From IMG/VR virus record IMGVR_UViG_3300042923_000186, positions 1-64,000 of that record: a DNA stretch of 64,000 nucleotides. One strand, given 5' to 3'. The position numbers and the translations under genes are program-made. Source of the stretch: a virus. Lineage: Duplodnaviria > Heunggongvirae > Uroviricota > Caudoviricetes. The notes beneath the pieces are model-generated. The model ran no database searches, had not been told where the DNA came from, and was given only the letters and a program-made list of their open reading frames with translations. Of the stretch, positions 44,906 through 55,670 are shown piece after piece; within the stretch, counting starts at the first letter, position 1; every line of letters starts with the position of its first letter.

Positions 44906-47154
44906 GCAACCTCCATGGCACTCATGTACAGACCTTGTGCCAGTCCAAACAGGGAAGCATAACTGGAAGCCATCGTGTCAACTGTGATAACAAGGCTACC
45001 GATAAGCTCAGTGCGGCGGGATAGCGTGCTTCCGATTGAACGCCTTACGTTCTTTCGCTCGATAATGTCCCATCTTACTGTATCCAGAACAACAACCTCA
45101 GTAGACGTGAAGTCCTCGGTTGAAGGGTTAGATACAGAGATATACAGCTTATTGTTTTTGAAAGTGACGCTGGCATATACTGCGCCGGATGCTTGTGCCC
45201 CACATTGGAATCTGGCTTTGAATTCTGACCCTGTATCTGTAAGAGCAAACACTGTCAAGTAGCCAGCATAAGGTACTACCATGTAAGGCATGCCACCTTG
45301 ATACGAAATCTTCGATCCCACCTCCCAAAGTCGAGCCAGTAGAGGTGTCACGGAAAAGGCACTACCGTTGAAAACAACCTTACTAGCAGTAACTCTTTGA
45401 GAGTTATCAAGTGAAAACACCTGTGCTGCGTTGTTACTGTACTTGATAATAGAAGGCATCTTATTATCATATGAGTAGTAAGTACTGCCAGAGGGACTAG
45501 TCAATGCTCCAGAGACGGATGTCAGAGTTCCGTCTGGAGCTAGGAGGACTCGCCTTATAGTGTCAGGAGAAGTATTACCAGAGCTTGATGTAAGAATCCA
45601 CCATTCCCATTTATTGATTTCCAGAACTCCGTTGCAATACATACCTCCCCCGTTGGCAGGCGAGGTTAGAGTTGACAAGAATGTACTAGTTACAAAATTA
45701 AATACGTTACAGTGCATTCCAGAGCTAGACGCAGTTACAATAATAGCCCTGCTTGAGTCCACCGACAAGATAGCTACCTTGGTAGTTGGATTGCTCACTG
45801 TCTGAGATGTTTTTCCAACAACAGGGCCGATAGTAACAGTATCCCCGGATACGGTAATAACTGATGCAGCATTGTACCTCATTTGCGTGCTTGCGTTATA
45901 GGCAACTCCACCTGTAACGAATGTTTCGGCAGAAACCTGCAAAAAATTCAATCCATCGAAGCCTAGCGAGTTATTGAAGCTCTCAAGGCTTGCGGCCTGC
46001 GTATAGACTGTCCCTACTGTTACGGTAGTCCCTGAAACATTGAATACCGCACCTGAAGGAGTGCCGAACACACTCCACAAGATGACGCCTTTAGAAGGTG
46101 AGATAACGAAGGATTCGACTTGTGCTGATGTATTTACAGGTAGAACAGCCGGGGAGCCAACTGCACCCGTGGAAAGGTTGTGGGCTGTAAGATATACGAA
46201 GCCACCATTTACCGTAACGTAGACGATCAAGGTATCGCTCATCTTAGCGATAGGAGAAGGTCCGGGAATGAAAGTAGCTGCTGATGCACTCGATCCATCT
46301 ACTGTCGCTTTTACCAGTTCATACACGGGAAGGATATATCCAGCCGTAATTCCGGTAGTGATCCAGCTACCTCTCACTGTCGAAGTATTGTCACAAACAA
46401 CTCTCAGAGATTCCGAGGGGTACACGACCCGAAGGATTGAGCCGTCCGCTGCTCTAACTGCGAATGGGTGCACGCCGGAATTCCTGAACGCATATTCCTT
46501 TCCTGTCCGTAGGGTATTAGCGACTGGAAGGGTGACGCTAAGTCCGATCTTAGTTGCTGACAGTACAAACATATCGGCGGTATTCACGGAGAGTACTAGG
46601 GAAGTTGCCAAAGATTGGCTCATCACCCTTCCTAGTCCGCTCGTTAGTAGCTCCCAGTTCGCAGCATCTTGCGACGGATCAATTGTCCCGGCCCCTGACA
46701 TGGAACGGCGGTAGGTTTGGAAAGTTACCAGACTCCATACGGCCTCTCCTGCTGCGTACGCTTGCCCGCTTACCCATCCAGTAACACCTGCCACCGATGC
46801 TGTCGCATTGTAAATAGCCTGAGTAGCTGCCTGTGTTGCAGCAGCGGCAGCGGCTTGGCTTGAAATTTTTCCGTCGATGTCTGCCGACTGATCAGCAATC
46901 GCTTGGTTGATAGCCAACTGGCCTGCCGTCACGATAGCCTGTGCATCTTGGACCTTCTGCGCAGCCTGAGAAGCGCTCGTAGACGCTGCTGTTGCAGCAG
47001 TAGAAGCAGTTACCTGCTTCGTATTTACGTCGATTGCCAAGGCATTCGCCTGATCTGCAAAAGGCTGAAGTGCAGCTACAAAGGTGTCAGCCCGTGCAGA
47101 GAAATTAGCTGGGTCGCTACGCTGTGGCGGAGTTGGTAGAGTATTGATTGGCAT
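44902..47154 (-). CDS. tail fiber protein
   Basis: 750 aa. Ala/Gln-rich coiled-coil N-terminus, Ser/Thr/Gly-rich beta-rich remainder. Position in tail module. Confidence 0.6.
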   Translation of the reverse strand: MPINTLPTPPQRSDPANFSARADTFVAALQPFADQANALAIDVNTKQVTASTAATAASTSASQAAQKVQDAQAIVTAGQLAINQAIADQSADIDGKISSQAAAAAATQAATQAIYNATASVAGVTGWVSGQAYAAGEAVWSLVTFQTYRRSMSGAGTIDPSQDAANWELLTSGLGRVMSQSLATSLVLSVNTADMFVLSATKIGLSVTLPVANTLRTGKEYAFRNSGVHPFAVRAADGSILRVVYPSESLRVVCDNTSTVRGSWITTGITAGYILPVYELVKATVDGSSASAATFIPGPSPIAKMSDTLIVYVTVNGGFVYLTAHNLSTGAVGSPAVLPVNTSAQVESFVISPSKGVILWSVFGTPSGAVFNVSGTTVTVGTVYTQAASLESFNNSLGFDGLNFLQVSAETFVTGGVAYNASTQMRYNAASVITVSGDTVTIGPVVGKTSQTVSNPTTKVAILSVDSSRAIIVTASSSGMHCNVFNFVTSTFLSTLTSPANGGGMYCNGVLEINKWEWWILTSSSGNTSPDTIRRVLLAPDGTLTSVSGALTSPSGSTYYSYDNKMPSIIKYSNNAAQVFSLDNSQRVTASKVVFNGSAFSVTPLLARLWEVGSKISYQGGMPYMVVPYAGYLTVFALTDTGSEFKARFQCGAQASGAVYASVTFKNNKLYISVSNPSTEDFTSTEVVVLDTVRWDIIERKNVRRSIGSTLSRRTELIGSLVITVDTMASSYASLFGLAQGLYMSAMEVA

Positions 47155-47166
47155 TTAAGCTCCTTA

Positions 47167-48786
47167 TTAAATTAGTCCTTCGATTTGAAGGCTGCAATAC
47201 GATTTTGTTGTGTAAGCAATTTCAATCTCCCAGTCCTTGTAGTATCCGTAGACGATTAGAGATTGATACACGTTGTCTGCTGCGATCCATACGCACGGCG
47301 TGGCTCGGATAGCCGCTAGGGTAGACGCTGCTTTATCTACGCTCTCGCTATCTAGCATAAGCTTCACGTTCATTCGTTTGGCGTACCCTCGCGGTACTAC
47401 TTTGATATTTCCAAACGCATCCACTACCTTGACACTGTAGTCGATAATCCCGATTGTCGGAGACGACGCCGTAGCCTTGCATCCTGTATTAACAAACGAG
47501 TAAATATTACCTAGCACTAGATTTCCGATGCTTACCGGGCTACCTGCTTTTAGTACGATAGTGAATACTGAGCTAGGAGACGGGAAGATGTCGGTAATAA
47601 CGTAGTCGGTTACGCGTGTGATTTGAGATGTAAAGTAATCGAACCAATTAAGTACGACCCCTGAGCTTAGATTCAAAGTACTTGAATACTGAACTACGCC
47701 GTCGATGACAGAAGAGATTTGAGCTTGGTCAGCTTGCATCTGCATAAAGCTGATACCTGCGATGTTAGGTAGCTTCAATACGACGATCAACTCGCTGGAT
47801 GTGCTAGTAGATGTCGTGCCGATCACGCTATCAAACATGGCATACTGATTCGTCGGCCCTTGGTCAACCCATACAGGCGGCGTGCTGACATCTGTGGCTG
47901 GATTCTTTCCTGTGCTAGCTCCAACTGCGACGTAGCGCCTGTGGTTGTAGCTGACTTTGGCATTAACTGCGTAAGGCGTAGCGGCGTTCCAAGCAGGCCA
48001 TGTAGCCTCTGGTTCAGCTAGGCTGCTGTACAACAGTCCATCTCCGGCTACGTCGGATGGACGCGTTACTTCTGACCCGCTAGTAGGAACTACGCTTGAA
48101 GGTTTGCTACCTACTTCAAGCTGCGGCATTCCGATGCGAAGCGTAAAGCTAACTACCTCACCCTGTAACACGTTCACTTCCAAGCTGTGTCGAATATTCA
48201 CTGTATCGACTGACAGGCTTGTAGCTGTCAGAGACTTTCGCTGTCCAGCTAGCCCGGAGTTAGTCGGTGTGATAATTTTATTAAATACCTCGTTATCGCT
48301 TGCATCCGCCTTCAGGGAGGTTGTACGAAGCTTCACGGAGGTAGGAAGCGTTCCTAGCATAAGCCGGGTGAACATGCTCCCTGTATATGGCTGACCGGGC
48401 GAGTTTGCCACGGCCACGTCCGGGAATACGTAGAATGTCTTTGCGGCAGTGGCTGTCCCTGTGAACGCCAAGTCTACGTAGTTGATTCCTGATTCGACTC
48501 CGACACCGCTGACGGCGATTGATACGCCCGATCCATCGGCTGTCTTCGTCCAGTTGGTAGGAAGCGTTCCTGCTGCTCCGCCTACCATAGTGTTATTTCT
48601 GATCTTGTTAGTTACTGCTGATTCCACCAATGCGTAAGGTGGGGCACTCAAGTTTGCCGGGTCATACCCGATTCGCAGCACATTCGCTGACTCAGTTACC
48701 AGATTACCGGAAGCGTTAAACCTCGTGGCCGTACCGGCTCTTGAGAAACTTCCATCTGAAACAGAGGAAGGGATTATTACTTGCAT
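47167..48786 (-). CDS. tail tip/central fiber protein with CBM5/12-like carbohydrate-binding motif
   Basis: Immediately after the tape measure. WPAWNAATPYAVNAKVSYNHRRYVA resembles chitin-binding CBM5/12. Confidence 0.5.
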   Translation of the reverse strand: MQVIIPSSVSDGSFSRAGTATRFNASGNLVTESANVLRIGYDPANLSAPPYALVESAVTNKIRNNTMVGGAAGTLPTNWTKTADGSGVSIAVSGVGVESGINYVDLAFTGTATAAKTFYVFPDVAVANSPGQPYTGSMFTRLMLGTLPTSVKLRTTSLKADASDNEVFNKIITPTNSGLAGQRKSLTATSLSVDTVNIRHSLEVNVLQGEVVSFTLRIGMPQLEVGSKPSSVVPTSGSEVTRPSDVAGDGLLYSSLAEPEATWPAWNAATPYAVNAKVSYNHRRYVAVGASTGKNPATDVSTPPVWVDQGPTNQYAMFDSVIGTTSTSTSSELIVVLKLPNIAGISFMQMQADQAQISSVIDGVVQYSSTLNLSSGVVLNWFDYFTSQITRVTDYVITDIFPSPSSVFTIVLKAGSPVSIGNLVLGNIYSFVNTGCKATASSPTIGIIDYSVKVVDAFGNIKVVPRGYAKRMNVKLMLDSESVDKAASTLAAIRATPCVWIAADNVYQSLIVYGYYKDWEIEIAYTTKSYCSLQIEGLI

Positions 48787-48832
48787 CTCTTTCTCCTAAT
48801 TTACGGAAAGGAGGGACCGAAGTCCCTCCCTA

Positions 48833-51800
48833 TTACGTTGCGTCTGGAACGACCACAACCTGAATACGCGTACCGTCAGGCGACGCGTTCTGGAACAGCT
48901 TGCGAAGGATACGCAAGTCACCTACTGCTGCTTGGTTCTCTACGCTGTTGTCAGCACGCAGTCTTTCGATTGCCTCAACAACTTCAGCGTTGCTCACGTC
49001 TTCACGCACAGCTTTTGCAGATGCCGCAGGAAGGACCATTTCGCCTTTGTGCAGCTTTGCTACGTACCCATCCGTAGGAACATCATCCAGACCTCCGGCG
49101 TGACTTCCGCCTTGCATCTGTTTGTATTCCGGTGAGTTGTAGAAGCCCTGCAAAATGTCCGTACGGCTAGCACCCTTCTCCAGCATGTCCTGCCAGTAAG
49201 CCATTCCGCTTGCCTCCCCTTCGCGGCCCAGAACACCTTTGTACAGTTCTGCAACGTAGTCTTTGTTGCTAGACCCCGTTAGTGCAGTTCCGCCGTTAGC
49301 GATCTGTGCGTTGTTAATGCCGGAGATTGCTGCTGAAACAGCGGATGTGAAAGCTACAAGAGCACCCGTCAAACCTGTAATAGCGATAACGTTGTTGTTC
49401 ATTACATCCAGTTGCCCTTGGGCGAACTCAATGATTTTGTCCAAACGTTCCGTCTCGCTATCCAGTGCAATTCTCGCTGCCTCTTTCAAGTCATCGAAAC
49501 CTTGCAACGTTGCTTTGTACTGCTTTTCTGCTGTATCGAGAGCCGCGTTAAGCGCTTCCAATTGCATATCACTAGCTGTCTTAGCCTTACCAGTTAGCTG
49601 CTCCAATTCCGACACAGTTACGGCTGTCATTCCTGCGTCTTTCTTGTAGTCGTTGTAACTGCTGAACAGCGATGTACTGTCGGCTGTAACAGCCTTCAGG
49701 GCATCTGCTAGGTCTTCTGCTTTGCCAAACTTACCGGCTTTTGCATTGACCAGAGCGTCGTTCAGGGTTGACTGTCCTTGAGCACGAGAAACGGCTTGAG
49801 AGACAACCGTAGGCAGCAAGGTTTGTAGAGCCGACTTCAAAGACGACTGAAGTCCGGTCAGGTCAGAGTTACGATCCTTCTCGGCATTCAACGCAGCCGT
49901 TAACGCTTCCTTCTGTGCTGCGTACGCTGCTTCGGCTTGATCCTTCAGAGAGTCGATACGCTTCACTTCCGCGTCGTACTTCTTCTCTGCTGCATCCTGC
50001 TCTCTTTCTACAGCTTTTTGCAGAACGTCGAACGCGTTGTTCGCAGTAGCTTTCAGCTTGTCGATTGCACGTTGTTGAACGGCAGTCAAGTCGCCAAGGC
50101 CGTCTGCCAGCTTATCGGTGTACTCCGCCGCTTTGAAGAACGTAGGAGCCAGATTGATAAGCGCTGCGTACATCTCCTGTCCAGCTTTAGTATTCAGGTC
50201 TTGAGCCATGACAAGGGCTTTGAACTGATCCGCTGTCCTGATGTTGCTTTGGCCCAGACGCGCTAGTTCTGCGTCCACAGACTTGATTACCGGAGCCATA
50301 CGTTCAGCTTCAGTCAGGAAGTTCTCGATGAAGAACTGAGTACCTTCCGTCAGCTTTTCCAGCCCGCCAGCAGAATCAATCAGGCTTTCGCTCAGTTCGA
50401 TTGCAGCCATGCCGGTGACGTTGAAGCTCTTTCCAAGGACAGCTAGAACATCGCTGACTTGGATGAAATCGTTAGAGATTCGAGCCAGTGTTTCTAGTGC
50501 TCCCTCTCCGACTTGCTGGTACTTCGACAGTCCTTCAACTGCGAAGCTTGCCATGTCGTCTCCGAGCTTTGAGAACACACTTTCCAGTGCTTTCTCAATC
50601 TCGTCTGCCTTCATGTCTTTGAACGAAATCTTGCCGATGTCAACAACGAAGCTGTTCAACTTCTGCGTGAACGCGTCGCCGCCAATACCGATAGCGTCTG
50701 CTGCGTTCGAGATGACGTTTGCCATGTTGGAGATGACCAAGCCGAACTGCGTAGTGATGTCGCCATCTAGCTCAGTGATCGTATCCTTCGTCTTGTTACT
50801 GTACGTGACGCCGAAGGCTTTCTTCTTGGTGTTGACTGTCGCGTAAGCTTCAGCGTCTACACCCGCCTTCGAGATGTGCTCCAGTGATGCCTGAGCAATC
50901 GAGATACCCTGATCTACCAGAGTAGTTGTCGTACCGAACAGCTTGCTAACCAGCTTACCAACACCGGGAAGCACTGACAGAACGTTACTCAGCCCGCCTA
51001 CCAGTCCATTGACCTGTGTACCCTCTTGAACGCCTGATGCAGACGATCCAGTTAGGCCAGTCGTACGGACGATCAACGATGCCAAGTTACCGATGTTCGC
51101 TGAGATGTTCTTCAGGTGCTTTTCGGAGTTAGCAGAGTGTGCCAGACCCAGACCAGAGTTCTTTGCCAGAATGTCCATCGACTTTGAAATCGATTCGCTT
51201 TTAGCAGTAGAGTCTCCTAGAACGCTTCCTGTGCCTTGCTTCTCTTGGCGTTGCGCCGAAGACATGTACGATCCGCCAGACGATCCAGAGTAGCCCAGAG
51301 CGGCCATTAGGCCAATCATCGCAGCTACACCAGCAAACCCACCCCATCCTGACTGTGCAAACATTGTTGCTGCACCAGCAGCGATCTTAGGAGCGATAGA
51401 TGCAAGCGCCATCGCAGTTTCAGCGACGTAGAAAGCCTTGCTAACTCCAGACATCACTTTGTAGCCAGTACTCTGCTTATCGAAGAATCCGGCTGCTTGT
51501 CCTGCCAAGTTGCCGTACAGGCCAGCTTTAGCTTGCATGCTTTGGTTGTCTTGGTTGTTGTAGTCAACGATGGTCTTCACCATTTCGCCAGCCACTTTTC
51601 CCGACTTGCCAAACGCATTGTCCAGAGCGTTACCGATGTTGCGTGCTGTATCTGTCCACATCTTGCGATATTGGTCCGCAAGCTTCTTCTGCTTGCCTAC
51701 AGCTTCTTCGTACCGCTTCGAGTCGTCCGGTGTTCCAGACTTCTCAGCCGCCAAACGCAGCTTCTCAAGTTCTTGCTGAAGCATCGGCAGCTTTTGTTTG

Positions 51801-54727
51801 TAGCGTTCCGCAGCATCAGATGCCGTGTTGAACATCTCCACGAATCCCATACCGGCTGTTTCAGTGTTGATGCCAGAGACGATGTTGCTCATGGACTGGG
51901 CCAGAGCATCGAACGCTTTGGCTTGCTCACGCACAGCCGCCGAGTCCATCATTTCTCTTTGAACTTTGTTCAGGTTCTCAACGTAGGTGATCAACTGAGG
52001 GAACTTGCTGCCGTACTTCTCTGCGTCTTTCGACATCGATTCGTACATCGCCTTGTATTCAGCGTCCCAGCGCTTTGTTGCCGCTGCTACGTATTGGCCT
52101 TTATCTTCAAGGTTTTTGATTTCTGTACGGACGTTCTCACGGGCCAGTTCGTTTAGGTACACCGCCGTCTCTTCAGCTTGCTTACGCTTAGCCTGTTCGA
52201 TAGCTTCTGTGTTACCTTCCTTCTCTCCGGTGAACCGTTCTACGTCTGCTGACTTGTTCTTGCTACGTTGTGCGATAGCGATCTGAGCATCTAGCGCCTT
52301 AGCAATCTTGTCGTAGTTTTCTAGCTGAGAAGCAGTCGATTTGTTGATAGCTTCCATGCGTCCAATCTCGCCAGCTTTTACTTGGTTCGAGAACATACGG
52401 TCGTCATCTACGATAGCTTGCTTTGCAGCTTTGATCTTGTTTTGGTAGTCAGCGACCTGTCTTGCGTAAGCATCACTGATACCTGACTTATCAGGTTTGT
52501 TGAGTAGCGTATCTTCGCCGGTTGGGCGTGCATTGCGTGCAGCCAAAGCTGCTGCGTCTGCTGCCGCTGCGTTAGCGTTTCGGGCGTCTGTCAGTTCTTT
52601 GGTTTGGGTTGCTACCTTCTTCACCAAATCGTTGTGTGTGCCCAGTGCCTTATCGAAGCTTACAAGACTGTTGACGTAATCCACAGTTGCCTTCGAACCG
52701 AACGTAGTCTGCCCGCTCTGCATCATCTTCACACGGGTCTTCTCGTTTTCAGAGAGTGCTGCGAATTGACCATTCAACTGCGCTCGCCATTCGTTCATCT
52801 TCTTAGCAGAAGCATCTACTGCTGCTGCTGAAGCGTCACGGTCTGCGTTAAGCTGAGCCTTGCGGGCGATGTCCATTTCGGTGTACCCGGCTTGGCGCAT
52901 CTTCAAGGCTTCGTTTTCCTTCGTCACAGCTTTGGTCAAGTTGTCCGCGTACTCTTGCAGATTCCCGCCTTCAGCATCGTTGTTCAGGGCTTCAGTCTTC
53001 TTGGACTTGTACAGTACCCATGCAGCCGTTAGGAGGCCGATTGCGATACCGATTGGACCCAGCGACACCAAGAACGCACGAGACGCTACAGAGGCCACTT
53101 GGAAGCCTTGGGCTACCTTCACCAGACCTACTGCGAACTCGGCTACCTTGAATGCTGCATATGCCTTTACCAGATCACCGATGACTCCGATGTGCTCGAT
53201 TAGGAACTTGGTCAGTTCTACCACGCCTGTGATGATCGTACGCAGTCCGTCAGTGAACTCTTTCGAGGTGAACGCTTCTTTCAAAGCACGGGACACCTGT
53301 CCGATCTGAGGTTGCATATTCTTGAACGCCTCTGCAAACACTGTCTGAAGAGTGTTCGCTACAGACTTCATCTGATTCGACGCAGTTTGAGACATTGCGA
53401 TAGCAGCGGTAGTGCTGAATCCGGCTGCCTTCTTGATGTCGTCCGCCAGCTCTACCAGACGGTTCTTGTACTTGTTGCCCATTTCGTCAAACTGATCTGA
53501 CGCCGTGTTGACCATCTTCAGCAGGGCTGCTGCTTCTTTAATACCTCGTTCACCAAACAGCTTGCCAATCGCGTCATTACGTGCGCTACCTGTCAGGTTG
53601 CCCAGTCCGTCGTTGAGCTTTGTGATGATGTCTACCAAAGGCAGAACATACCCTTCAGAGTCGCGGAAATCGGATACTGCCAGTTTCATGCTCTTCAGCG
53701 TAACCGTTGCCTTCTCTGATCCAGAGGTTAGGTCTTTGTAAAAGTTCTTCAGTGCTGTACCTGCTGCCGTACCTTGGATACCCAAGTTCGCAATCGCGGC
53801 CAGACCAACTGCCAAGTCTTGCAACGTGGCTCCGTACACTTCGCCTACAGATGACGCGGACTTGAAAGCACCAGAGATGCTATCAACGCTCGACATCGAC
53901 GCTGCGGCGGCTTTTGCAATAACGTCTGCTACGTGGTCAAATCCGTCAGCCGTATAACCCAGCGACGTAGAAACCTGCACAAGCGTTTCAGCGGACTTCT
54001 CGATGCTTACCGAACCGGCCACGGCCAAGTTCAGGGCGGCACCAACGCCTCTCATTGCTTCTGTTGCATTCAAGCCAGCCAGCGTCAATACTTGCAACGC
54101 TTCGGCTACGTCACGCGGACCTTGTGAGCCTTGGCCCAGATCGCGGATGACTTGGCTCATCTGTGAAATTTCTTGTGTGCTTGCTCCGCCTAGTACTCGG
54201 ATTTCTTCTAGCGTATGCTGTACATCCTTACCAACGCTCACTACAGCCTTCAGGGACGCTCCAATTGCGATACCTGCGGCCATCCCTGCAAAGTTCCCGT
54301 AAGTGACCCAGAGAGCCCCTAGAGAGCCTGCCAGACCCCTTGCCAGTCCTCGACCTTCTTCCATCGCCTGATTGCTTGCGCGTTGGCGTGTAGTGTTAGC
54401 TGATAGCTGGGCGTTAAGGATGACGAGGGAGGCAGACAGGTTAGCCATTGCTGCGGCCAAGCCTGCTGCTCCGGCTCGTGCTCCTGTCAGGCTGGCATCC
54501 AGCCCTGTGATTAGCGTAGCTTGCTGACGCAGCCGCCCGATGAAAGCATCAGACGACTGTGCTGCTGCCAAGTTGACAGTGTTCAAAGCCTTCATGGCTG
54601 CTACTAGCGTGTCAACGCGCTTGGTAGCGTTGCTAGCGGACGTAGACAGACCACCGAGGGCTTGCGAGGCGTCCCGGATACCGACCGACTCAACCTTAAT
54701 TGCGAGTGCTGTCACGTCTACTGTCAT
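48833..54727 (-). CDS. tail tape measure protein (1964 aa)
   Basis: Very long, mostly alpha-helical Ala/Gln/Lys-rich protein with hydrophobic segments, after the G/GT chaperone pair. Confidence 0.85.
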   Translation of the reverse strand: MTVDVTALAIKVESVGIRDASQALGGLSTSASNATKRVDTLVAAMKALNTVNLAAAQSSDAFIGRLRQQATLITGLDASLTGARAGAAGLAAAMANLSASLVILNAQLSANTTRQRASNQAMEEGRGLARGLAGSLGALWVTYGNFAGMAAGIAIGASLKAVVSVGKDVQHTLEEIRVLGGASTQEISQMSQVIRDLGQGSQGPRDVAEALQVLTLAGLNATEAMRGVGAALNLAVAGSVSIEKSAETLVQVSTSLGYTADGFDHVADVIAKAAAASMSSVDSISGAFKSASSVGEVYGATLQDLAVGLAAIANLGIQGTAAGTALKNFYKDLTSGSEKATVTLKSMKLAVSDFRDSEGYVLPLVDIITKLNDGLGNLTGSARNDAIGKLFGERGIKEAAALLKMVNTASDQFDEMGNKYKNRLVELADDIKKAAGFSTTAAIAMSQTASNQMKSVANTLQTVFAEAFKNMQPQIGQVSRALKEAFTSKEFTDGLRTIITGVVELTKFLIEHIGVIGDLVKAYAAFKVAEFAVGLVKVAQGFQVASVASRAFLVSLGPIGIAIGLLTAAWVLYKSKKTEALNNDAEGGNLQEYADNLTKAVTKENEALKMRQAGYTEMDIARKAQLNADRDASAAAVDASAKKMNEWRAQLNGQFAALSENEKTRVKMMQSGQTTFGSKATVDYVNSLVSFDKALGTHNDLVKKVATQTKELTDARNANAAAADAAALAARNARPTGEDTLLNKPDKSGISDAYARQVADYQNKIKAAKQAIVDDDRMFSNQVKAGEIGRMEAINKSTASQLENYDKIAKALDAQIAIAQRSKNKSADVERFTGEKEGNTEAIEQAKRKQAEETAVYLNELARENVRTEIKNLEDKGQYVAAATKRWDAEYKAMYESMSKDAEKYGSKFPQLITYVENLNKVQREMMDSAAVREQAKAFDALAQSMSNIVSGINTETAGMGFVEMFNTASDAAERYKQKLPMLQQELEKLRLAAEKSGTPDDSKRYEEAVGKQKKLADQYRKMWTDTARNIGNALDNAFGKSGKVAGEMVKTIVDYNNQDNQSMQAKAGLYGNLAGQAAGFFDKQSTGYKVMSGVSKAFYVAETAMALASIAPKIAAGAATMFAQSGWGGFAGVAAMIGLMAALGYSGSSGGSYMSSAQRQEKQGTGSVLGDSTAKSESISKSMDILAKNSGLGLAHSANSEKHLKNISANIGNLASLIVRTTGLTGSSASGVQEGTQVNGLVGGLSNVLSVLPGVGKLVSKLFGTTTTLVDQGISIAQASLEHISKAGVDAEAYATVNTKKKAFGVTYSNKTKDTITELDGDITTQFGLVISNMANVISNAADAIGIGGDAFTQKLNSFVVDIGKISFKDMKADEIEKALESVFSKLGDDMASFAVEGLSKYQQVGEGALETLARISNDFIQVSDVLAVLGKSFNVTGMAAIELSESLIDSAGGLEKLTEGTQFFIENFLTEAERMAPVIKSVDAELARLGQSNIRTADQFKALVMAQDLNTKAGQEMYAALINLAPTFFKAAEYTDKLADGLGDLTAVQQRAIDKLKATANNAFDVLQKAVEREQDAAEKKYDAEVKRIDSLKDQAEAAYAAQKEALTAALNAEKDRNSDLTGLQSSLKSALQTLLPTVVSQAVSRAQGQSTLNDALVNAKAGKFGKAEDLADALKAVTADSTSLFSSYNDYKKDAGMTAVTVSELEQLTGKAKTASDMQLEALNAALDTAEKQYKATLQGFDDLKEAARIALDSETERLDKIIEFAQGQLDVMNNNVIAITGLTGALVAFTSAVSAAISGINNAQIANGGTALTGSSNKDYVAELYKGVLGREGEASGMAYWQDMLEKGASRTDILQGFYNSPEYKQMQGGSHAGGLDDVPTDGYVAKLHKGEMVLPAASAKAVREDVSNAEVVEAIERLRADNSVENQAAVGDLRILRKLFQNASPDGTRIQVVVVPDAT

Positions 54728-54728
54728 A

Positions 54729-55073
54729 CTATTCCTCTATGTATTTAGGTTCATCCTTCTTCATAAACGACAGAAGAACATTTTCAATCTTGTTACTCAC
54801 TGCTGTACGGTCAAACTCTTCTTCCAGCATTTCTTGGTACGGAGGTTCGCGGTCTTTGCTAGACGCTTCGTGGTACTCGGAACAGTATTCCGTGCTAAGC
54901 ATGCGGATAGCGTTAACTTCCCACAGGCTCAAACTCAGTTCGTTCTCAAGTCGCCATGCTCGAATCTCTTGCCAAGACAGCGGTGTGATTCCCATCCCGC
55001 CTTGTCCTACTGTTCCGGCCTCGTGCCACCACCTGATGACATACTCGGCTTCTTCTACATCCGGCAAAAGCAA
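54729..55073 (-). CDS. tail assembly chaperone T-like segment (expressed as G-T fusion by -1 frameshift)
   Basis: Frame is -1 relative to the upstream G-like ORF and is open from the slippery site to 54729. No ATG start; track shows TTG. Confidence 0.5.
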   Translation of the reverse strand: MLLPDVEEAEYVIRWWHEAGTVGQGGMGITPLSWQEIRAWRLENELSLSLWEVNAIRMLSTEYCSEYHEASSKDREPPYQEMLEEEFDRTAVSNKIENVLLSFMKKDEPKYIEE

Positions 55074-55186
55074 AAAAGGGGAGCCTTCGCCCCCCTCCGA
55101 ATACTGCTCTCGTCTACTTTTCTTGTCCCCTTCAGGCGTGGCATTCAGCCATGCAATGTGTCGGGCGTAGACGGAGAGCTTGTCAC

Positions 55187-55582
55187 TTATCGCTGCAAAA
55201 AAGCAGCCGTGTCCTCAAGGGTATCTTGGACTTGATCCTTGATCCAGAACAGTCCCGGCTCGCTGTACAACGACTTGAAGGCTGCCGGGGTCGTAACTGG
55301 CGTACCATCGGCCAGCGTCAGATTCGAGGTCTTCGAGATAGCCACCAGAATCTCTACGTTGTCTTCCACGTTAGTTTCAAACGACTGAGCTTTGTTCTTA
55401 CGGATTTGTGTTTTACGGGCCAGATTAGCTAGCGCGTCACGGTACTGCTTCGATGCCTTGCCGTACAGTTCGATGTTTGCCACTTCGCCTTTGTCATCGA
55501 CAAGCTTTCCGCCGGTTTCTGGATCGGTCAGGGTCAGGATAGTGGTTGGGCTTACGATTTTAGTTGCAATGTTGAACGACAT
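55187..55582 (-). CDS. tail assembly chaperone (lambda gpG-like)
   Basis: 131 aa between the major tail protein and tape measure. Slippery heptamer TTTTTTG lies 10 nt before its stop. Confidence 0.55.
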   Translation of the reverse strand: MSFNIATKIVSPTTILTLTDPETGGKLVDDKGEVANIELYGKASKQYRDALANLARKTQIRKNKAQSFETNVEDNVEILVAISKTSNLTLADGTPVTTPAAFKSLYSEPGLFWIKDQVQDTLEDTAAFLQR

Positions 55583-55643
55583 AATATTTAGTCCTTTAGG
55601 TAGATAGGTTGGTGATTTGCTTCTTTTGAAGTCTTGTTAGAAA

Positions 55644-55668
55644 ACGGGGGCCGGAGCCCCCGGTTATT
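55644..55668 (-). terminator. rho-independent terminator after the major tail protein gene
   Basis: Minus strand: cgggggc-uccg-gcccccg followed by UUUUCU. Confidence 0.6.
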
Positions 55669-55670
55669 AC

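Noticed and set aside
49263-54302. Numerous 60-230-aa plus-strand ORFs inside the tape measure gene
   Set aside because: Antisense to a 1964-aa continuous frame with appropriate position and composition. These are typical frame noise in Ala/Gln-rich genes.
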